A DNA stretch of 64,000 nt from Octopus sinensis (GCF_006345805.1 NC_042998.1:185008001-185072000), one strand, 5' to 3'. Numbered from the stretch's first letter, positions 12,180 through 25,482 are shown. Notes: generated by a model not told the origin, from the letters alone. Numbers and translations: made by a program.

Positions 12180-12918
12180 AGTACATACATACGTACCCAC
12201 ATACATGTATACATACGTAACATACATACATACATACATACATACACACATAACATGGACACACACGTACATACATACATACATACTACAAGCATACATA
12301 CATACATACATACATGCATACATACACACACATACATACATACATACATACACACACATACATACATACATACATATATACATACAATACATACATACAT
12401 ACATACATACATACACATACATACATACATACATACATACACACATACATACATACATACATACATACATACACACACACATACATACATACATACATAC
12501 ATACACACACACATACATGCATACATACACACATACATACATACATACATACATACACATACATACATACATACATACACACACATACATACATACATAC
12601 ATACATACATACACACACATACATACATACATACATACATACATACATACATACATACATACATACATACATACAAGCATACATACAATACATACATACA
12701 TACATACATACATGCATACATACACATGCATACATACATACATACATACATACACACATACATACACACATACATACATACATACATACATACATACATA
12801 CATACACACACATACATACATACATACGTACATACATACACACACACACATACATACATACATACATACATACTACATACATACATACATACTACATACA
12901 TACATACATACATACATA
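12180..12918. repeat. Long imperfect (CATA)n array
   Basis: Direct reading; source of the HTYI/MYVC ORFs. Confidence 0.95.
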
Positions 12919-13762
12919 GTTATCTGTATCTGTATGCATCAATGGGTGGTTAGTTGTCCGTTTGCTGCAACATTTGTTAATATTCTTCTTCCTTTTCACT
13001 TTCCCATTTTTTCTACCACTAAATCTCTTTTTCCCGGTTATGCTCTCTTCTCATGTAGTTTCACTTTCACTATATTCTTACCATATCACACTGACACCCC
13101 CTCACTATCTCTCTCTCTCTCTCTCTGTCTCTGTCACTCATTTTATCTCCTCCTCCTCCTCCCGCTACTACTACTCTCTCGTTCACAGCTATCCGCTCCC
13201 TTTTTCTTTCCATCCCCGCTCTCTTACCTCTTTGCCTTTGTCTTATTCTAAACGTCATTTGCCCACGGCCAGCATCTTGAGATCCATTGTTCGTTCTACA
13301 CACTTCTTGTAGGATATTGTACCTTGTGTAGCACTTCCGTTTCTCTACTAGCATTAACGAGACCTGGCGTTTGTCTGAACACGTTGTTAAGTGGACTGAC
13401 TCAGTGGCGGCCCTCAAACATCTAACACCTCCAGGCGCTATGTTTGCTTCCCAGTCAAACAGTCAGCGCTGTATAGCTTGCAAGGATCTGTGATGCTCGC
13501 TTCCCAAAACAAATCGCTTGTTGGTCCCGCAGAGCGCTCCCATTCTAGACAAACACGCTGCATCCTGTTTGCAGCAAATCTCTTATTTTCAATAGATTGA
13601 CCCTCCTACTTGCAGCCCACGAATTCTAAGAAAAGCAGTTCCGATCAAGGAGGAGGGTAGATATCCTGTCCTAGTAACTTTCTAGTAAAGTAACTAGACA
13701 GAGAAAGGAAAAAAAAAAAGGAATAGTTATATCGATAAAGGTGGTGACGGCGAGGAAGACGT

Positions 13763-14075
13763 GAAGAAGAAGAAGAAGAAGAAGAAGAAGAAGAAGAAGA
13801 AGAAGAAGGAGAAGAAGAAGAAGAAGAAGAAAAAGAAGAAGAAGAAGAAGAAGAAGAAGAAGAAGAAGAAGGAGGAGGAGAAGAAGAAGAAGAAGAAGAA
13901 GAAGAAGGAGAAGAAGAAGAAGAAGAAGAAGAAGAAGAAGAAAAAGAAGAAGAAAAGAAGAAGAAGAGGAGGAGAAGAAGAAGAAGAAGAAGAAGAAGAA
14001 GAGAAGAAGAAGAAGAGAAGGAGAAGAAGGAGAAAAAGAAGAAGAAGAAGAAGAAGAAAGAAGAAGAAGAAGAGT
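13763..14075. repeat. (AAG)n/(GAG)n polypurine tract of about 310 bp
   Basis: Direct reading; source of the poly-K/poly-S/poly-F ORFs. Confidence 0.95.
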
Positions 14076-14327
14076 GATTGTAACAATTGTAGCACATACA
14101 CATGCAAACACACATAGATGCAACCGTGTAACAATCCAACGTACAAACTGCTCAATACACATACATATGCAATAAACCAACACACACACACACACACACA
14201 CACACAAGCTCACACACATACATACATATACGCAATGAATGCACATACATATTCAAAAAAGAAAGTGCTGCAAACAGTTACAAATACTCTCGGACATGCA
14301 GGCAACGCTAATGCATGCACATGCATA

Positions 14328-14329
<2 letters not shown>

Positions 14330-14367
<38 letters not shown>

Positions 14368-14437
14368 CATACATACGTGCATACATACATACATACATAC
14401 ATGCATACATACATACATACATACATACATACATGCA

Positions 14438-14471
<34 letters not shown>

Positions 14472-14537
14472 CATACATACATGCATACATACATACATGC
14501 ATACATACATACATACATACTTATATGCATACATACA

Positions 14538-14571
<34 letters not shown>

Positions 14572-14629
14572 CATACATACATACATGCATACATACATAC
14601 ATACATATATACATACATACATACATACA

Positions 14630-14663
<34 letters not shown>

Positions 14664-14677
14664 CATGCATACATACA

Positions 14678-14711
<34 letters not shown>

Positions 14712-14813
14712 CATACATACATGCATACATACATACATACATACATACGTACATACATACATACATACATACATACATACATACATACATACATACATAC
14801 ATACATGCATACA

Positions 14814-14847
<34 letters not shown>

Positions 14848-15450
14848 CATGCATACATACATACATACATACATACATGCATACATACATACATACATAC
14901 ATACATACATACATGCATACATACATACATAATACATACATACATACATGCATACATACATACATACATACATACATACATACATGCATACCATACATAC
15001 ATACTATATACATACACATACATACATACATACATACATACATACATACATACATGCATACATACATACATACATACATACATACATACATACATACATA
15101 CATACATACATACATACATACATACATACATACATACATACACATATACATACATACATACATACATGCATGCATACATACATACATACATACATACATA
15201 CATACATACATACATACATACATACATACATGCATACATACATACATACGTACATACATACATACATACATACATACATACATACATACATGCATACATA
15301 ATACATACATACTACATACATACTACATACATACATGCATACATACATACATACATACTACATACATACATACATACATACATATATACATACATACATA
15401 CATACATGCATGCATACATACATACATACATACATACATACGCACATACA
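14330..15450. repeat. (TA)n followed by a ~1.1-kb (CATA)n array
   Basis: Direct reading. Confidence 0.95.
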
Positions 15451-15814
15451 TGCATATATACACAAAAACGCAATCACGTAGAGACGAGGGTAAACAAGCA
15501 AATACACATTACACATACATATTCAAGTACATACACACATGCACATACACGCGTGCAGATTTATACCCAAGAAAGCATGCATCAGAAGCACATGCAAACA
15601 TACACACGCACACACATGCTGCACATCTACACAAACGCACACATGCACCATCGCTGACGTATAGATATGCGTACACACACAAAGCCATAATCCAAAGATA
15701 CATTGAGAATCGACATTTCTATGTCTGTTTGCTTTGTCTGAAGACATTCTCTCTTCTTTTCCACTTTTATTGAAAGAATCGAGGAGCTACAAAGCTAATT
15801 TACTTTTTGCTGTG

Positions 15815-16290
15815 TAGATTTATATATAGCTTTTTATATATTGCAGGTTCATATATAGCTTTTTATATATTGCAGGATTATATATATATATATAGCTTTT
15901 TATATATTGCAGGTTTATATATATAGATTTTTATACATTATAGGTTTATATACAGCTTTTTATATATTGTAGATGCATATAGAGATTTTTATACATTGTA
16001 GGTTTATATACAGGTTTTTATATATTTTAGGTTTATATATAGCTTTATATATATTGTAGATGCATATAGAGATTTTTATACATTGTAGGTTTATATACAG
16101 GTTTTTATATATTTTAGGTTTATATATAGCTTTATATATATTGTAGATGCATATATAGATTTTTTATATATTATAGGCTTATATATAGATTTTTATATAT
16201 TGTAGATGTATATATAGATTTTTATATATTGTAGATTTATATGTATATTTTTATATATTGTAGATTTATAGATGTATATTTTTATATATT
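15815..16290. repeat. AT-rich minisatellite with ~29-bp monomers and an 87-bp higher-order repeat
   Basis: ATTGTAGATGCATAT recurs at 15966, 16053 and 16140; three monomer variants per period. Confidence 0.85.
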
Positions 16291-16702
16291 ATGTTTTATT
16301 CATATGTGTTTTTCTTTATTTTCATTACCATTTTGTTTTTGCTATTATTTTGTTGTATGGTTCTTGTACCAATTTTGTATTGTATTTAATTGTAGTTTGT
16401 TGTATATTTTTTTTTCTTTCACCTTGCTCAAAACTGAAGTGTGTTGACCAAACTTCTATCAAAACCAACAAGCTCTCCTCAACAGAATAATTCAGTGTTC
16501 AAATATATCATCAGTATCACCACAGCCAAACCAACACAGGACTCTTGTTTGCATCAGCAAGTCAGATTTTCTTTTCTGCTTTCTAATTCTTTTTTCACTG
16601 ATACTATTTTTTTTCCTTATGCTCTTCTAAGTAGCATTATTTGCTGATGATGTTGTAATTATTGCTGTTGTTATTGTTGTCATTGCTGCTGCTGCTGTTG
16701 AC

Positions 16703-16734
<32 letters not shown>

Positions 16735-17070
16735 CGGTAAGCTTTAAAGAATTCACTAGAGACGGTGAAGAGAATAGCATTATATCGGATGTGAGTTTTT
16801 GATTGAGCAAATCGAACTATCTCCTAATATTATCAGATGAATCTGGAATACTTTGACCAATAAAGATAAACAACGTGCAAACACACTCATACACGTTGGT
16901 ACACACACACACACACACACACAACACACACATACACACACACACAAACATACATATTTACATACATGCATACATGTGTGGAGAGAGAGATAGAAAGAGA
17001 GGGAAAATCTCTAGACTTAGAGAAGATATATATGTCTACTCTATGTAATTAATAACTAGTTATATTTATG

Positions 17071-17146
<76 letters not shown>

Positions 17147-18166
17147 GTGTGTATGAGAGAGTGTGTGCGTATGTGTGTGTATGTGTGTTAGTATATGTGT
17201 AAATGTGTGTATGTATGCATGTATACATGATACCTTGAACGTGTGTATACATTTGCTTATGTTTAAGAATACCAATTTTACAGAGACGTAACATGTTGCA
17301 TCTAAGTGTAGGTCAGAAATATACTTATATTCGCAATGGACAGTATCTATAAATGGATCGCCCAGGACTTCGACATCGCTTGTTCTATTTGTTCAAACAA
17401 CGAAACGGTCTCAGCGTTGAATTACTATATCCGTAGCTGAGATTTCCAACTCGGTATAAGATACAGCTGGACAATTATATGTGCAATCTATACAACAGGT
17501 CTCTAAACAAGATGCTATAACAAAAAGGTAAATGCCCAAATGTCTCGCCGTGTGATTGGACTCTGAATTACATGATTGCAAAGCGAATTACTTAATCATT
17601 CCGCCCATACGAATAAATTTAAACCGCTGGCTTTTGAAGTATATTCCTGCATTGGAGGCCTTTGTGTTGCAAAGTGCTTGAATTTATAGCCCTATTTGGA
17701 AATTCGACAGAAGTAAAGGTGTCTCACACTCACATGAATAGATAAAGCTTCTTTCCTTTTTCTCACGTAACTTAGCCCTCTTTGTGTGTGACTCGCTTCA
17801 CTCGCGTCAACCGATCGAACTGTGAGATTCAGCGCCATTTTGGATTTAGAACTTTTGGTGATAATAGAATAGAGATTCCTGTCTATAAACTCTAGCTGAC
17901 CAAAGCCTTGCATGTCGATTGGTAGACGAAAACTGGAAGGAGCATGTCGTGTGTGTGTGTGGGGGGGGGCGTGTGTGTGTGTATGTACGTATTTGTATAT
18001 GCATGTAGTTTTTCTATCGATCTTCTTTGCCGAACCACTAAGTTACAGAGACGTAAATAAACCAACACCGGTTGTAATCGGTGAAGGGAAAAAACAGATA
18101 CCTAGTTGCACACAAACACACACAAACATCACACACGCACAAACACACACACATGCATAAATACAT

Positions 18167-18207
<41 letters not shown>

Positions 18208-18208
<1 letters not shown>

Positions 18209-19477
18209 GAGGGACGTTCAATAAGTAATGCCTCTGACCCACTTGCAGCGGTTTGATCTAGCTGAAATTTTGCATGTGCAATCATTTATATCTCTATAGA
18301 GTAAGTGGCAAATTACAGTTTCTGATTTACAGGTGTTTGAACCGAGTCAAGTGTGAAATGGAGCCTGTTGAATGTCGAGCAGTGATCCGGTTTTTGTATT
18401 TGAAAGGACGCACACCACGGGAGTCTTTTGATGAAATGAAAGTAACTTATGGTGATGACGCCCCATCATATGACCTTATAAAACGCTGGCATCGTGAATT
18501 CAAACATGGTCGGAACTCTGTGGAAACAGCCCCCAGATCTGGTCGCCACCTTCTGCCATTGATGAGGCATCTGTCCGTCAAGTTGAGGCTGCCATTTTGG
18601 AAGATCAACGCATAATTATTCGCCAAATAGCCCATGAGGTCAAGATTAGTACCGGGTCTGTGGAAACTATCATTCATGACCATTTGCATATGCAAAAGGT
18701 GTCTGCGAGATGGATTCCCAGGTTGCTCACGCCTTTCCAGAAACAAGAACGCGTCGAGTGCTCGAGGGTGAATTTGGAGATGTGCCAAGAAGATGAGTCA
18801 AAATTTTTCAAAAGACTGATTACACAGGATGAAACCTGGGTCCATCACGATGATCCAGAGACCAAAGCCCAGTCAATGCAGTGGAAGCACCGTGACTCAC
18901 CCCCTCCAAAGAAGGCAAGGGTGCAGCCCTCCGCTGGCAATGTCATGCTCACAGTCTTCTGGGACCAGGACGGAGTAGTGATGACAGATTTCCTGGCAAA
19001 GGGTACCACAATTGCAGGAGGCTATTATGCTTCACTTTTGAGGAAATTAAGAGAAGTTATCAAAATCAAGAGGCGGGGCAAGATCAGCAAAGGCATCCTC
19101 CTCCTGAAGGACAACGCTCCGGTCCACAACTCGCTTGTCGCCAGATCAGAAGCACAGGCGTATGGCTATGAACTCCTCCCCATCCCCCCTATTTTTCTGA
19201 CCTTGCACCCTCTGATTTTCACCTCTTCCCAATCATGAAGTTGTTTTTGAAAGGAAAGCGTTTCCCAGATGATGCAGCCTTGATTTCTGAAGTCACATTG
19301 AGGTTGGAGGACCAAGCTGGGTTCTTCTACAAAAACGGTCTCCAGAGCCGCATCAAACGATGGGAGAAATGCGTAACTCTGGGTGGTTCCTATGTAGAAA
19401 AAGACTAATAACTGTGCCAAGTTTCGTTGCTCTACTGCTATGGGAAGTGGGTCAGGGGCATTACATATTGAACGCCC

Positions 19478-19481
<4 letters not shown>
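18208..19481 (+). mobile_element. Full-length mariner (DD34D) DNA transposon, 1274 bp
   Basis: 37-bp TIRs, 33/37 identical (CGAGGGACGTTCAATAAGTAATGCCTCTGACCCACTT); TA on both sides within (TA)n. Confidence 0.95.
18358..19408 (+). pseudogene. Mariner transposase with two frameshifts
   Basis: MEPVECRAVIRFL, PRSGR, WIPRLLT, ITQDETWVH, LTVFWD, LKDNAP, (YSP)DLAPSDF, RWEKCV...GGSYVEKD*; D-x34-D spacing after correcting a 1-bp deletion near 19180. Confidence 0.92.
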
Positions 19482-19525
<44 letters not shown>

Positions 19526-19735
19526 ATATGACGGGCTTCGACATAGTTTCCATAAACCAAATTCACTCACAAAGCATTGGTCGACCCGGAAATATAGCAT
19601 AAGGCACCTGCCCAAGATGCTATGCAGTGCTACTGAACCTGAAACCACGTGATTGCAAAGCAAGCATCTTAACTATATAGCCAAGCCTGTGTAATAAATA
19701 TTAAATAAGCATTAAATAGTAATTTATACATATTA

Positions 19736-20982
19736 CAGGGTGCGTAAGGTATTAGTGGACATACCTTTTCTGGGTCATTGCAGCATTTTTTGCTCACTCG
19801 GCATAATCTTTGTTTCAGAAAATAATAATGGCAGACCCTCAGATTACTCAAGAAATGAAGAGGCACGCTGTTATTGTGGTTGTAAAAGCTGAGCATAGCG
19901 ATTTAGAAATATCTAGATTTTTAAAAGTTGCCAGATCTTTCGTCTACAAAGTTTGTAAGGAGCTAGAGACTGAAGATGGAAACGTATCACCAGTATCAAA
20001 GCATAAAAAGCATTTTAAACGCTCTGAAATCATCAGAACACCTGAATTTATCCAGCAAGTTCAACGGATCATTGATTCAATCCCAGAATCCATGAGGTCA
20101 ATTGCAAAAAATCATGTTTCAGAAGGAACAGTCAGAAATGTCGTCCACGAAGACATCAGATATGTCTCGTATGATGAGGAAAGGTCAATTTGTCAGGAAA
20201 AAAAAAGCGAAAGAAAATCACCATATCAGATCTGAAAGGCTCTTAAACAAATCTTCCAGCAGAGGATTTGATTTGGTTTCTCTCAAACGAGAAAAACTTC
20301 GACCAAGATCAAAAAGTTAACAGAAGAAATGACAGATGGTTATGTGCATACCCTTCTAAAGTTCCAAGTGTTATGCATACAAAATTTGCTGCAATTCTCA
20401 TGGTTTTAGGGGCTGTCAGCAATGAAGGATATGTGATGTCTCCTGACTTCTTTCCACAAGACCTTAGAGTTAATTCTGCCACCTACATTGAGGTCTTGGA
20501 AATATTTGTTAAGCCCTGGATAGACAGTGTAAGCAATGGAAGACCATATGTGTGTCAGTTAGATTCTGCACTATCACACTTGGCTCTAGTAACATAGGAA
20601 TGGATGGCTGAAAATGTTCATGATCTCATAACCTCGAACATTTGGCCTCCTAATTCCCCAGATCTGAACCCATTGGACTATTACAAGTGGAGCATTTTTC
20701 AGGGAGAGATCAAGAAACCCACCCATAACACCAAAGATTTTTTGAAAGCTGCCATAGTCAGAGTAGTGTCCAAAATCAACCAGGACCACTTGATTCGAGT
20801 ATGTAGATGAAGTTCTTATAGAAGCAGTTGTTGAAACTGAAGGTGGTTTTGTTGAACAATATTATAGAAAAGGTTTATTTTTATACTCACAGTTTTTTTT
20901 TTGATAAAGTTATTAGTTGTTATTATTTATCTGGTTTTCTTTTATAAACATAAATCTGTCCTCAAATATCTTACGCACCCTG
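19736..20982 (+). mobile_element. Full-length DD37D (maT-type) Tc1/mariner element, 1247 bp
   Basis: TIRs CAGGGTGCGTAAGGTATTAGTGGACA / CAGGGTGCGTAAGATATTTGAGGACA (23/26); TA flanks at 19734-19735 and 20983-20984. Confidence 0.92.
19828..20810 (+). pseudogene. DD37D transposase pseudogene
   Basis: WFLSNEKNF (first D mutated to N), NRRNDRW, MVLGAVS, CQLDSA...WPPNSPDLNPLDY; 37 residues between second and third D counting the in-frame stop 20595-20597; frameshifts near 20110 and 20260. Confidence 0.9.
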
Positions 20983-20988
20983 TATATA

Positions 20989-21213
20989 CAGGATTAGCCA
21001 AAAGTCACCCGACAATAAATCAGAATTCCGTAAATATATAATATTCAATTTCATTATTCATTTCAATTATGAATGTTTAATAATTGAATGCCGTGCGTTA
21101 CAATCATGGTTTTTTTTTCAACATTTGTCTATCTATTTGCGAAGTCGCATATAAAATAATTTTCTGTTTCAATCTTGGAATTAAACGGACTTTGATTTAC
21201 TGTCAGGTGACCC

Positions 21214-21215
<2 letters not shown>
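20989..21215. mobile_element. Short MITE-like element with CAGG...GTCACCYGACARTAAATCA termini
   Basis: TA|CAGGATTAGCCAAAAGTCACCCGACAATAAATCAG at left; inverted TTTGATTTACTGTCAGGTGACCCTG at 21191-21215. Confidence 0.55.
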
Positions 21216-21244
<29 letters not shown>

Positions 21245-21320
21245 GTGTTTGTGTGTGTGTTTGTGTGTGTGTGCGTGCGTGTGTGTGTGTGTGCGTGCGT
21301 GCGTGTATATATATATATAT

Positions 21321-21651
21321 AAGATTAAATAAGGGTAGAAATTGATATTAATCAATTAAAACCAGTGGCTTAGCATATTAAAAAAAATCCAAAGATTAAA
21401 ATGTTTTTTACATACAAAATTTAGAGGATTGACCACTAAAAGTGGACAGCCTGTATGCTAGATATAGACGTCAAAATCACCATTTTCCACGGAGAATATG
21501 TTCTGAAGAAAAAAATCAGCATGCAGGATGTCCACTTTTAGTGGTCAATCCTCTAAATTTTGTATGGAAAAAAAATTTTAATCTTCGGATTTTTTAAAAT
21601 ATGCTAGCCACTGGTTTTAATTGATTAATATCAATTTCTACCCTATTTAAT

Positions 21652-21654
<3 letters not shown>
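21321..21654. mobile_element. Foldback MITE with ~138-bp inverted arms and a ~58-bp spacer, in (TA)n
   Basis: Arm 21321-21459 is the reverse complement of 21518-21654 with roughly 10 differences by eye. Confidence 0.9.
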
Positions 21655-21689
<35 letters not shown>

Positions 21690-21693
21690 CACG

Positions 21694-21785
<92 letters not shown>

Positions 21786-21811
21786 AACACACACACACAT
21801 ATATATATATA

Positions 21812-21844
21812 CAGGATCACCTGACAGTAAATCAAAGCCCGTTT
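21812..21844 (+). repeat. Further copy of the CAGG..TCACCTGACAGTAAATCAAAG terminus
   Basis: TA|CAGGATCACCTGACAGTAAATCAAAGCCCGTTT is the inverted match of 21183-21215. Confidence 0.7.
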
Positions 21845-22374
21845 CAACTCGCCCTTGAAGTTGTTTCCCATATGTCAGTAATACTGCCACAACACTTCAA
21901 GCACAGAGCATTTCTTGTCTTTCCTAACATTAAAAGCAAAACTATCGCACATGCATAAGAAACACGGTTTCTGTTATAATTAAATTCATTGATAAAATTC
22001 ATACCAAAATTGAACTGTCGGTTATTTTTAACTTGCTATTAATTACCGTTCGCGTGGTTTAATAAGGAAAGACTGTCAGTCTCGTCCTAGGTTCTAATCG
22101 CAATGGCATCAACTCCTATTTTTTTTTATTTCTCCGGTCACAATCAATAGTTTAATTTCCAGCAATATATTATTGATTAGTTGTACACACCCACTTTGAA
22201 TATTGACTTTCTTCTTAATTTTAATTTTTTGAAACTACAGAGAAAAGTAGAAACGAAGCTAGTATACATTATTTCATTGTGGTTTAAATCTAAACCTGTA
22301 ATATTCGAATGAATCCATGTATGAATCTATATCCCATTCTCTAGATGTATACATTGATCGAGTATCTTTCATGT

Positions 22375-22606
22375 GTTACTTGTTTCAGTCATTCAACTGC
22401 GGCCATGCCGAAGCACTGCCTTGAAGGGTTTAGTCAAACAAAACGACACCAGTATAAATTTTTATTATGATTTATGCTATTGATGTTTTTTGCCAAACTG
22501 TGAAGTTACGGGGACGTAAACAAACCAATACTGGTTGTCAAACGGTGCAGAGAGTATACAGACACCAAAAAACCACATACAAGCACATTTGCATCAATAT
22601 ATATAT

Positions 22607-22650
<44 letters not shown>

Positions 22651-22795
22651 ACACGCTTCCACATAGTTTCCGTCTACTAAATTCGCTGCCAAAACCTTTG
22701 TCGTCCCTTCGCTATAGTAGGAGACACTTGGCCGCGTAGTGGAACTGAACCCGAAACCACAGGACTGCAAAGCAAGCTTCTTAAACACACACCCA
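22375..22795 (-). mobile_element. SINE family B, decayed full length
   Basis: Tail TTACTTGTTTCAGTCATTCAACTGCGGCCATG, internal TA repeat, head ACTGAACCCGAAACCAC. Confidence 0.8.
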
Positions 22796-22837
22796 GTATT
22801 TATCAAAAAATAAAAGAAAGAGAAAAAAAGAACATCA

Positions 22838-22896
22838 CCGGTGCTCCAGCATGGTCGCAGTCAAATGACTCAAACAAGTAAAAGAATATAAGAGTA
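22838..22896 (+). mobile_element. SINE family B isolated 3' tail
   Basis: CGGTGCTCCAGCATGGTCGCAGTCAAATGACTCAAACAAGTAAAAGA. Confidence 0.8.
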
Positions 22897-23315
22897 TGAC
22901 ATGAAGACATGAAGAATAAATTACTCTAAATTTCTTTTAATTATTTATACATTAAAACTTTTTTACTTTTTTACTGCCACGGAATGAACCATTCTTCGAT
23001 GGTTCCAGTACCATTTTAATTTTTGTATGAGAAGAACTCTTAACACGGAGAAAGGGCTGGTGTGACTGATTCCCTTCAACTCTTCCCACAACACAACGTA
23101 CACAACACCAGGACAAAGGGTGGGTCGGAGAGATGAAGAAGAATTGACTTTAGTACTTGACTGATATCTTATCTATCGATCCTGTTAGGGATGAGAGATA
23201 AATGTGACTTTGGTGGTATTTGATCTCAGAACACAGCTATCCACAACATATACCGCACAGCATTTAGTCCGACTCCCTAACGACTGAATCGATTCGCAAG
23301 TTGCTTTTTTTTAAT

Positions 23316-23661
23316 AAGGCGGCGAGCTGGCAGAAATGTTAGCACGCCAGGCAAAATACTTATGTTCTGAGTTCAATTCCGCCGAGGTCGACTTTGCCTT
23401 TCATCCTTTCGGGGTCGATAAATTAAGTACCAGTTACGCACTGAGGTCGATGTAATCGACTTAATCCCTTTGTCTGTCCTTGTTTGTCCACTCTATGTTT
23501 AGCCCCTTGTGGGTAGTAAAGAAATAGGTATATCCTCTGTCTTTACGTTCTCAGTTCAAATTCCGCCGAGATTGACTTTACCTTTCATCCTTTCGGTGTC
23601 AATAAATTAAGTACTGGCCCCTCCCCCAAAATTTCGGGCCTTGTGCCTCGAGTAGAAAAGA
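23316..23661 (+). mobile_element. SINE family A dimer (head, tail 1, re-entry, tail 2)
   Basis: Junction GAAATA|GGTAT at about 23521-23531. Confidence 0.85.
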
Positions 23662-25134
23662 CTTTGCTTATCAAATAAGAGATGGGAAAATAAGAAATTA
23701 AATCTTATTGCACAATGATGTTTTATTTTCATTTACTTATTTAATTATGTTACATTTGCCTTACAGTCACAGGTATTATCTTATTCGTCTATTCGTTCCA
23801 CCACTTTCACCGTTTCGTTTCTTTTCCACCACCACCACCATCACCACTATTACCATCGTGTCCCCGCTTGCCTCCGTCCAACTCCTCACTTTGCCTAGCT
23901 ACGTTGAACAAAATTTCTATTAGTTCTGCATTAGTTTGCTATCAACTACAGTTTGTAACCAAATGACTAATCACTTACAAAGACAGAGCAGTGAATACAC
24001 GGTAGACAGTCGTACAGTTTGGTCCGCTTGCTACATCAATAGAGTCCATTCATTAAACAACGGTGTCCTTAGCCACCGTTGATGGCTTCATTCACGCAAA
24101 CAAATCTCAGCTTCCCCTACTCACACTCTTTCTCATTCTTTTTCTCTCTCACTTTTCCTCTCTCCCCCTCTCTCTCCCTTCTCACTTTCTCATTTGTAAT
24201 TGCAGTGCCGTGTATGACTTTTAGTCATTTTACTTCCTACTGCTTTTCTGTGGTTTTTTCTCTTTATCTTTGCCACCCCCTACCTATTCCCCCGCCTTCC
24301 CTCCCTCCCTATTTTTACTATAACCACTCTCGCTTCATTCTACCTCTTCCCACTACCTCTTCCACCCACCACGGTTGGCAGGTGTCTTTGACGCTGCCAA
24401 AGAGTGTCACATCAGTTAATTTCTAATTAGTCATTGGAGAAAAACTAACATTATGTCAACAAAGAGCGCATTGGTCAAGCGAGGCAACTGTGTACCATTT
24501 CAGGACGCTAACCACATTACTATATTGATCTGTGAACAGTCAATCTGTCTCACATCTCATCGACTTACCAATTGAATTGTTACTTTACTAACAACATCGA
24601 ACAACATTACTTCATCTGGAACAGTATCTAATTTCTTCTGCAAACTAAAGCTACATTCCAGTAAGTGGCCGATCAGTCAAATGCATTGTTCTATTACAAA
24701 TCCTGAGGTTAATGTTTTGAACGCTCACCTCACTTTCATTTCCCATACAAAATAGCAGTTAAACTTTCAAGAGTGTTCTTTTATTTATGGGTTTGTCAGG
24801 GGATGAAGGACAACCTACATTTCCTGTTTTTAATGGCCTCCAACTCTGTGGTAGGGATGGGAGAAGTTATTCCGAGAGAAGAGGCCAAGCTTAAATGCCT
24901 ATAGCAGAGCTGATTCCGCTAATGGTACCCAGAGGGGCTGCGTCAAGTGGTGGTGTTAAAAACAGCACAGCAGAGATAGCTGTCATCCACAAACGAGTAT
25001 AGCTTGGAAACAATTATTGTTTAAGGTGCCTATGTAGTCGTGAAAATAGACACCCATTTGATTTCTGCACTTCTAACCCAGCAGAACACCCAAGTTATGA
25101 TAACTGGAAGGAGAAGTGCTCATACAAACACTGG

Positions 25135-25237
25135 ACATGTACTCATTACAGCTGAGTAGATTAGAGTAACACTAGTGAAGTGCCTTGCTCAAGATACAAC
25201 ACCTGGTCTAGGAATTGAACACGCGACCTTATGATTA
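25135..25237 (-). mobile_element. tRNA-derived SINE fragment
   Basis: GTGCCTTGCTCAAGATACAAC...GGAATTGAACACGCGACCTT (reverse B box). Confidence 0.5.
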
Positions 25238-25482
25238 TGAATCTTTAGAATTCAGTCCGACCAAAATAAGCCGAAATTATTTCCCCTTTATTTGTTTGAA
25301 CCGGCCACATCTGGCCGTATTCGACTCCTCTGCGAAATCGCTAAACAAATAAACAAATCACGTTATTGAATTCTCGTAGCTTTGAGATAAAGCCTTTCCT
25401 GCCTTTATTCAAATATAAATACTGTGAAATTTTTCAGACTACATGGATTTTTCAACGTTTGAAGATAAGTGTGTGTATCGAT

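Larger units (their letters stand above)
18010..19685 (-). mobile_element. SINE family B split by a mariner insertion
   Basis: 3' part 18010-18080 (TTTGCCGAACCACTAAGTTACAGAGACGTAAA), then CA/TA repeats, mariner, TA repeat, and 5' part about 19508-19685 (GACGGGCTTC...ACTGAACCTGAAACCAC). Confidence 0.75.

Noticed and set aside
13250-13700. Unique GC-richer block with TGAGTCA and other short motifs, possible enhancer or exon
   Set aside because: No coding signal; short motifs alone are not evidence without conservation data
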